The notes beneath the pieces were generated by a model. That model saw nothing but the letters and a program-made list of their open reading frames with translations, did not search any database and was not told the origin of the DNA. 64,000 nt of DNA from Macrostomum lignano. Lineage: Eukaryota. Within the stretch, counting starts at the first letter, position 1; each line of letters starts with the position of its first letter. The DNA is taken from contig NIVC01000757.1 of assembly GCA_002269645.1 (NCBI GenBank), positions 1-64,000 on the forward strand, in the 5' to 3' direction. This document shows, in pieces, positions 56,762-64,000 of the stretch. A program made the translations under genes and the position numbers.

Positions 56762-58446
56762 ATGCTGCTGCTTTCTGTGGCTCTGGCCGCACTGCTCAGC
56801 TGCTCTCACGCACACAAAATTTTCCAGTCCCGAATCCCGAACGGCGATCGCGTCCCGAACCCGTGCCAGCCAGGCGCCATCTGGGCCGGAGTCGGACACC
56901 AGAGTCCCGCCGGCGCTAACGCGAGAAACCCCTTCGGCTTGGACTTCAAGGCGGCCGGGCTCCAGTGGACGGTCGACCTGTGCCGCAAGGACTCAGACGG
57001 CGACGGACTCACGAACGGCCAAGAGCTCGGAGACCCCGACTGCGTGTGGAAGGTCGGTGCGGCTCCGTCGAGAACGACTGGACTGTCCCACCCTGGCATC
57101 TGCCCGCTCGACTCCGCGACGTGCAAGAACTCGTGGACCGTGTGTCCGAAGGCCTTCAGCTGTCCAGCATTCGAAGAGCCCGGTGTTTTCGTGAGAAACT
57201 TCACCCTCAAACCGACTCCCGTGCCGCCACAGAGACAACCTACATCTGTCAGGCGTTCGAGCTGAACAACACTGCCTCTCCGGTTCACCTGATCGGATCG
57301 AGGCCGATCATTGACAACAAGAACGTCATGCACCACATGATTATGTATGTCTGCAATGTCAAGCCCGCAGAGACGCTTTTCAATAATTCACAACCGTGTT
57401 TCATGCCCATTGGAAACTGCACCGAGTTGCTGAACCTCTGGGCCTATGGACTCGAAGGTGAGTGCATCAACAGCAACGCGGGATTCCGATTTGGCGGTGA
57501 GGGTATTCGGTATGGAGTTTTGCAGCTTCACTGGAACAACCCGATGAGGATTTCTAACTACACAGATGCTTCTGGCTTCGCTCTTTACTTTACACAAAAC
57601 CTTCGACCATACGACTTGGGAACTCTTATGTATGGCGAGATAAATCTTGTTCTTCCACCGCGACAGCCGTTGATCAGCGTGAACCACACGTGCCCTTCGG
57701 TGTGCACGAACCGGTACCACACTGAGACTCGCTACATCACCGCCGTACTCATTCACATGCACGCTTATGGCATTAAAGGACGCATCTCGCTGTGGAGAAA
57801 CGGAACTATGATTAAAGACCTGTCTCCTCTTCAAGTGTACGATTTCAAATCCCCGAAGGTGCACACTTTCGACCCACCGATCGAATACCGGAAAGGTGAC
57901 GAAGTAAAGACCGAATGCTACTACAGCACACTAAAAAGCAACGTTACCATCTTCCTTGGAGAAGGCGCCAGAGATGAAATGTGTTTCGCTTTGATATACT
58001 ACTATCCGAACAATGTAGCCCAAACTAACCATGACAAGCTCGGACACTGTGTCGCTGTATCTGGAATCAACCGGTGCTGGGTGGAGAGCGGCATCACTCC
58101 TCAGATCGAGAGGGGTTGCAACATCACCGCGATGCGAAACGGTGACATGCCGAAACGAGTTTATTCTGAAATGGCCGCCAACAAGTGCTTCTCTCGGACC
58201 GGCTGCGACCCGCTGTGCCGCAACTACCTGGAGAACACTCTCTGGCCCAACAATGCCTGCTACGACCCGAAGCGCTCGCGTCAAATGGCCGAAGTGTTGG
58301 CTCTGGGTGTCTTTCAGCTCAATGCGGCTGTGACCCGTACCATCTCGGCTACTCTGTTCGGTCAGAGATTTTGCGAGCAGGAGATCAAAATGCTGGCAGA
58401 GATGAACCGACAGGCTGCTCCAGCTCAGACAAATACCATCGCCTAA
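56762..58446 (+). CDS. Temptin-domain / DBH-like copper monooxygenase, paralog 4; soluble-type C-terminus; 1-nt frameshift at ~57224
   Basis: ORFs 56762-57265 and 56965-58446 join if gtgccgcc is read as gtgcccgcc, as in paralogs 2 and 3. All Cu ligands are present and the Cys-rich domain is complete. Stops at RQAAPAQTNTIA*, where paralogs 1 and 2 continue into linker and TM. Confidence 0.8.
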
Positions 58447-59399
58447 CCTCTGAACACCATCATGCGAATAGTTGTGACATTCAAGTTGAACAACTGGTCG
58501 TTGGTCCGTGCAGTCGAACCAAGTGTTACTTTTTGGTTGCGGTTTATAAAACATTTGACTGGTTTACGCTTAACTGGTGGAGTATTTAACTTTTCAAATA
58601 ACGTTTGCTTGTTTTTTGTCTGAAATTTAATTGAATGTTTCAATAAATATTAGTTTTATGATTAGGCATTACACTTAAACTATAGTGACTATTCTTTCTC
58701 CTTCCAAGACAGAAAGGTATTTCTCGCAGGCCTGGCTCCTACGAAAGTTTCAAACAGAATTCCTACAACAATTTGCAAGCAATCGAGATTACATGTAAGC
58801 CCATTGCCAAGATTCAAGAAATCAATGTTTTCAGTTTGTAACATATTAGTTGTAACGCTGACGAATGTATGCTTTATATTCTCACAACATTTATCGCATC
58901 CAAGTAAGCCTTGGACTAGTTGAAATTACATTGAGCAGTCCTGAAGACGTAAGAGTGCACTGAGCGACTCGCTCTAGGAAGGAGGAGCACTGAAGTTGCC
59001 CCCCCCCGAGAGTTTCCCGCAATACTTTAATTTTTACTGCAGTGCAGTTAGCTTCACGCGGATTTTGTCTGCATTGCATTTTGCCCCCAGTTTTTATGAA
59101 AATGCTGAAAAATTCCTTAAGTCGGAAAATTGTTTGACGCTTCATAAGAAAATACAGCTCATACATATAGGAAACCTCTGTTTTGAGTTATTACCACAAC
59201 CTAGTTATGCTATGGTCAACAATGGTTGTCTGGGCAGAGCCGCATGGTTCAAAGTATAATTAGTGATTATCTGCTCATCAGTAGCCCTTTAATCGTTGCT
59301 ACATCGCCAATTTGTTGTTCTTCTCCTGTATTGATCACAAAACTAGCACTGCTTAGATGCAGTTGTCGTGGCTGAAGTGAGCCAATGGCTTCAACGATC

Positions 59400-59950
59400 C
59401 TTTAAAAGCCTTTAACTGGCTGGCCGATGATTTTTCCCTCAAAAGCCACAAGATACGGACAAGCTGAAGGAATTTCTAATGAAGGAAACAAATACAATCG
59501 CATAGTCAAGACTTGGCCTATCGGTACGCTTTCCACCATCTGAAGCAAGAAGCAAGAAGCAAAAGCAAGTTTGTATTTAGCTTTGCCAACATGGAGACTG
59601 TCAGAAAGCTTCTGACCGAAAAAAGGAAGGACCTCACTCGGGAGAAGGTGACGTCCGTGGCCAGTGCATGTGAAGCCGCGACGCCAATGTGAAAGAAAAA
59701 ATGAAAGAAGTGACGCTTTTCTGATCAATAAAACGGCTCCACAACACAAGCTGGATACAAGACAGAAAGATCACAAAACATCCACTTTAGTCTCGTCGGA
59801 AGTATAACCAACGGAATCAAGGAGACCAAGTAAACTGCTTCTGCTGTGACAGGAACAGACACCACAAGGACGTGTGCCGACATCGTTCGAAAATGTGCTT
59901 GACCTTTGGAAAGACAGGTCATTTCAAAGCTGCGTGCAGATCAAGTATCT
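59400..59950 (+). pseudogene. Decayed Gypsy-type gag remnant with two CCHC-like zinc knuckles
   Basis: DLAYRYAFHHLKQE, KFVF...VRKLL..K.DLT.EKV..VA.ACEAA, NCFCCDRNRHHKDVC...KMCLTFGKTGHFKAACR, in broken frames. Confidence 0.65.
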
Positions 59951-62900
59951 CCAGAACAGTTGAAGTGGAGTGGAGTTGAGACACTTTGAGGAAGGCACGG
60001 AAAGACACTATTGATACTAAAAAGAGAGAAACGTAACTGAAGTATCTGGCAGAACTGAATAGACAGAACTGACTGAGATCAGAGTCATCAGAGAGATGAT
60101 CGCAGTCAGCGCACATGAAATGCAACTGACTGACTGCGCTATTCTACCCCTAGGAAGACTAGGTGACACACGAACTATTGCGAACTCTTGGACGGTACCA
60201 AGGTCTATTTGGGAGGAGTGTTTGACGCCTTGTAAGAATAAAGAGCTCATATGCTAAGTTATCCATTTAAGTTATTCCAACGGCCTAGTTAATCTATGGT
60301 TAATAATGTGTGAGCAGAGCCGCAGGGCTCAAAATATAATAAGCGTCTGCTCAAGCTACATCACCGCTCAAGCGTATTAGTGATGTAGATATGCACGAGT
60401 GTATAAGCACTGGAAAAGCGCTTACATCGGAGTGAAAAAAACAACGACCTCTTCTCGTCTCGAACAGAGCTATCCAAGCAGACCAGCTCCAGGCTAGCCG
60501 ATCTCAATGCCCAATAACGAAGCAGTAGAGGTTTGAGGGCCAATCCAGCAGCCTGCATATGCGTGACAAAGAAAACTGGCAGCAAATGCTTGGGGAAATT
60601 GATGGTTGCCTAGCGCTAAAGCCTTACCCCGCTAAAACAATTCAATTTTTTTTATATGGTGCCTGCGTTATTTTTGACCATAAAATACACTGCCTTAAAT
60701 AGATACTCAGTTCTGCGAATTTTGAGATGTGAGCCTCACCTCACCTCACCTTTGGAGGCCAGTGCGTCTGAAAGTCTTTCTGTCTTGTATGCATATAAGA
60801 TAACAGAAAAATAAAACCTGTTATAAAACCTGATGATAGCTTTTGCTGGAATAGAAGAGTTTTTGGTAATAAGTAGAAACTGGGGGAAGAGGCAAACCTT
60901 TAAAGAAAGACTCAATTTTTTACTTTTGGCTCATAATGTACTTCATTTTCATGCTATAAGAGTAGCGTTTTGAACAACATGCTGGTTACTAGAAGTGGAG
61001 TTGACAGTTTTAGATCCGGCAGCACTTAAATCGGCTCTGCTTCCATCGGACTATCAGGGTGAATCTCATCACTCTAATAGAGACAGTGTGAAGTTTCTTC
61101 GTCGAAAGCTTTTAGAAGCCACTAATCAATGTCTGTCTCTTAATTCGCCTGCTAATTTCAGATATTCTTAGACAGACAGGTTAGTACGCTGGTATTGTAG
61201 ATTTAGGGGTAGTACTATAAAGCTGTCGTAGCGTAAGTTCGATCGCACGTCAGAACTTTTACACTGCGGAGATCGGACCTAAGAACGATCTTATCTTACG
61301 ATGGCTTTATAGAACGAGCCCTTAGGGTTCTTGATCTTGTAGCTAATTTATGTATCAATCTATAAAAATCCATTGGTATTTTTACTATACTGTTTGCCTT
61401 AAATTTACTGTCCTTTCTTCTAAGCAACCGACAAATACAGTTAAATCTTACATTTAAAGCATTGTTTTTTATGGTTCGCGCACCCATGCATTGATGGTAT
61501 TGCTGCATGGCATTGTACCAGGACGCGCAATAAGCGCTATTGTGAAAGCGTGCTTAAAAGGCTTGTGATCACGTATTGGCTAGTGTAATGTTGTGCACTA
61601 GAAATTTAGCTACAAATATCGTGATTACAATATAGCTTTTTGCAGCCCATTTAGGGCTTACGCCCATTGAATTTAATCCAAGATACGTTTTTTAGTGCTA
61701 TGGAGTTTTGTCCATGGTAGCTCGTAGGTCGTAGCACAGCGGATATTAATTCGGTCCAACGAGCATCAATTTAGTCCGTAGCTTCATTTGCAACTGCTGC
61801 GGAGGAGCAAGATCAGCCCCAGAATTGTGGACCACATGCTAGGCTGTCGAACTCGAGCGAATGCCATAATCGGCGCGCTTGACGGAGATGAACACCCAAA
61901 GGACATTGCAAGGTTGTTGAATGTAAAAGAAAAGATAGGTTTACAGCATCCATCAGCGCGCTTAAACTACTGCCAGCATAAGTCGCCTGCGAAAGGGTAG
62001 CAATCGCCAAGGCAAGTTGCTGGAGCCTCAGGTCCAATACTCAATGGAATTGAGAAACCCTTTGTTGACGCTGTAGAAAATACAGTAGAAGTTAATTAGG
62101 AACAGCTCCAGTTGGTTATCAGATTTCGACTATCAGCAGAGCTCTGGAAAAGTGACTGATAATTGTTGTTAGAGACGCTGAAATTCCAGCGTTACGCGAC
62201 AACCTACTGACGGTTGCGAGAAGGCAAGAGTTCGCCAAATGGCTCACGGACGTTTGGACCAAATTGTTGTTGGACCAAATTAAATGCCGCGGTCATCAAC
62301 GATGGTAATCACGCACTGGAACATGGATGAAGTAATATCATGGATTTGCTCATCTGGGAAATGTCTCCCCCCCATCTTGGGTAGTCCCCCGCTTCAATTG
62401 CATTGGCTGAGTGAGTCTATAAATACTTTCCTCGTTTCAAAGTTATTGGTTTTAGCTTGGGTTGGGGCCACAGACAATTTGCAGATGAACAATCCATGCA
62501 TTTCCTTAAACTATGGGCTGTAGGCAGGATGGGAGGTCACTAGGTGCATTTGCTTGGGTGAATTTGGACAATAGCGCGGAGGTTGGGGTGGGTAGGGAAT
62601 GAGTCATCGGGGGGGACCTGAGTATCGGGTATCGCTGGTTGGGATCGGGCATGGACGGCGCATTGGGAGAAAAGACATTTAAACTTTTGTAAACAACTGT
62701 ACATTGATTTGAGCAATCCTGGACCTGCGGAGCTTTCAGCGGTAATGCTAATCAGCCTTAAAGTGTTCGTTCCTACCGCCATCGAGCTAGCTTTATTACA
62801 TCAGAGTTGTGTGATTTGATAGCGATGGCTTATCAATTTTGGGAAGCAAACATCCGAAATCCGGACGACTCTGATGACGGCAGAGGACGAGAGGACACGG

Positions 62901-64000
62901 CAGAAGATGCAGCGACAATGCAGCTGCTGTACAAAAGCAGTTTAAGGATTTTGGAGCAGCCGACCTACCCAGGAGGGTCGACTTTCAAATCGAAAGCAAG
63001 TCGTCTGTAGATCCAGCTGTACGTAAGCAACTCAGGTACTGTTTGGCACGCTGCTACGTTATTATTATGCATATCTACTGTTTTTTTCAGGTGCACTTTA
63101 CTTCTTTTAATTCCCCATTTAAGGTTTGTAATAGCGCCGGGTGCTTTATTCATTACTAGGCATTAGACTCATTTTTATCAATGCTCTGCATCATTAAATT
63201 GTATTTGTCTAATGTTTTGGCTTAAGATCTACGAGTAATCTGATCGACCTTGCTAGATCATTTGGTCCATTGGCCAAGTTCCCTTATTTACTGCTTTGTG
63301 GTCCCTGTGTGTGTGTTTTCAGCGCGTCATTGATAACATGCGTGTTTAGTGATAACCGAAATCATTGGTCAATATCATAAATTCACACTGATTTATACGA
63401 GCGTACAGCTTAAATCGACTTAGATACGACAGATGCGATTCAGGATAGTACTCAACACAAATCCACTTACACTCTACTGTACTGACGTTGAGTTTTAGGC
63501 CAGTCTCTGTGAGTCCGGTCTATGATATCCGTATGCGCGGAGAGCTCTCGTGCACTCTAGGAGGATCGACTCGTATGACTATCGCGACCCCATTGTTCGA
63601 TTCCGTGTGCGCCCACATTGATCTGGGGCTGTGTGCAGTTCACAGCCGTGAGGGCCAACCCCCAAGGCTCAGAGAGTGTACATGCCTGACGATTAGACAG
63701 TCAAAGGGCAGTCGAATGGGCGGAATTGCCTCAGGAAGAAATTATGAAACGATATCACCGAAGGCGTCCTGCAATTTTTTGTATTTCCTAACAGCTTTTC
63801 CCAAGCGCCCAGCCAACTCCAACCCTCTATCTGTCCGTGCAGCTCAAGAGCTAGAGTGTTGCTCAGTGCATCTTTTAGTTAAAATTGGTTTGACCAAATT
63901 GAGTTGGCCGTACGCGCGTTCCTGCCAATAAGGCTGACAATATCAGTAGGCAATTTCATTTTTAGTATATTTGATTTGATTTCGATCATGGCGTATCCTG

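Noticed and set aside
31226-58446. Horizontal transfer from bacteria as the reason the monooxygenases are intronless
   Set aside because: Signal peptides, N-glycosylation sequons, TATA boxes, DBH-type motifs and an animal temptin domain fit an animal gene. Lack of introns alone is not evidence; a phylogeny would be needed.
32165-58554. Antisense and alternative-frame ORFs overlapping the monooxygenase genes (e.g. 37999-38823, 50640-51329, 56806-57336)
   Set aside because: Shadow ORFs of GC-rich coding sequence, repeated only because the genes are paralogous.
60300-64000. Short ORFs in the last 3.7 kb (e.g. 61296-61508, 62807-63010, 63488-63931)
   Set aside because: No domain motif, splice pattern or repeat structure I can support; probably decayed transposon or intergenic DNA.

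Overview
Eukaryotic (invertebrate animal) genomic DNA. It has GT-AG introns, GC-rich exons, AT-rich intergenic DNA, tRNA-derived SINEs and very high repeat and transposon density. The style resembles a free-living flatworm such as Macrostomum, but that is an unverified inference. Host genes, left to right: the 3' part of an FH2 formin (+); a complete small orphan secreted 6-Cys peptide gene (-); a 6-exon ankyrin-repeat/SOCS-box gene (+); a 6-exon KIF-binding protein (KIFBP) gene (+); and four intronless paralogs encoding signal peptide + temptin domain + copper type II (DBH/PHM-like) monooxygenase. The four paralogs keep all six copper ligands but have different C-termini (TM-anchored, frameshifted TM, truncated, soluble) and show nucleotide tracts suggesting gene conversion. 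This cluster is the best candidate for an uncharacterised system. Mobile DNA: nested and truncated LINEs with exact TSDs, an RTE-like LINE, two Foldback-like elements with inverted tandem-repeat arms and 9-bp TSDs, a decayed intron-containing Ginger/GIN-like integrase, two THAP remnants (one fused in frame to a LINE RNase H), a Crypton-like fragment, a Gypsy gag remnant, LTR-like pieces and two SINE families. All 10 introns of the ASB-like and KIFBP genes hold a different tandem repeat. All calls come from manual reading and motif recognition; no searches were run.
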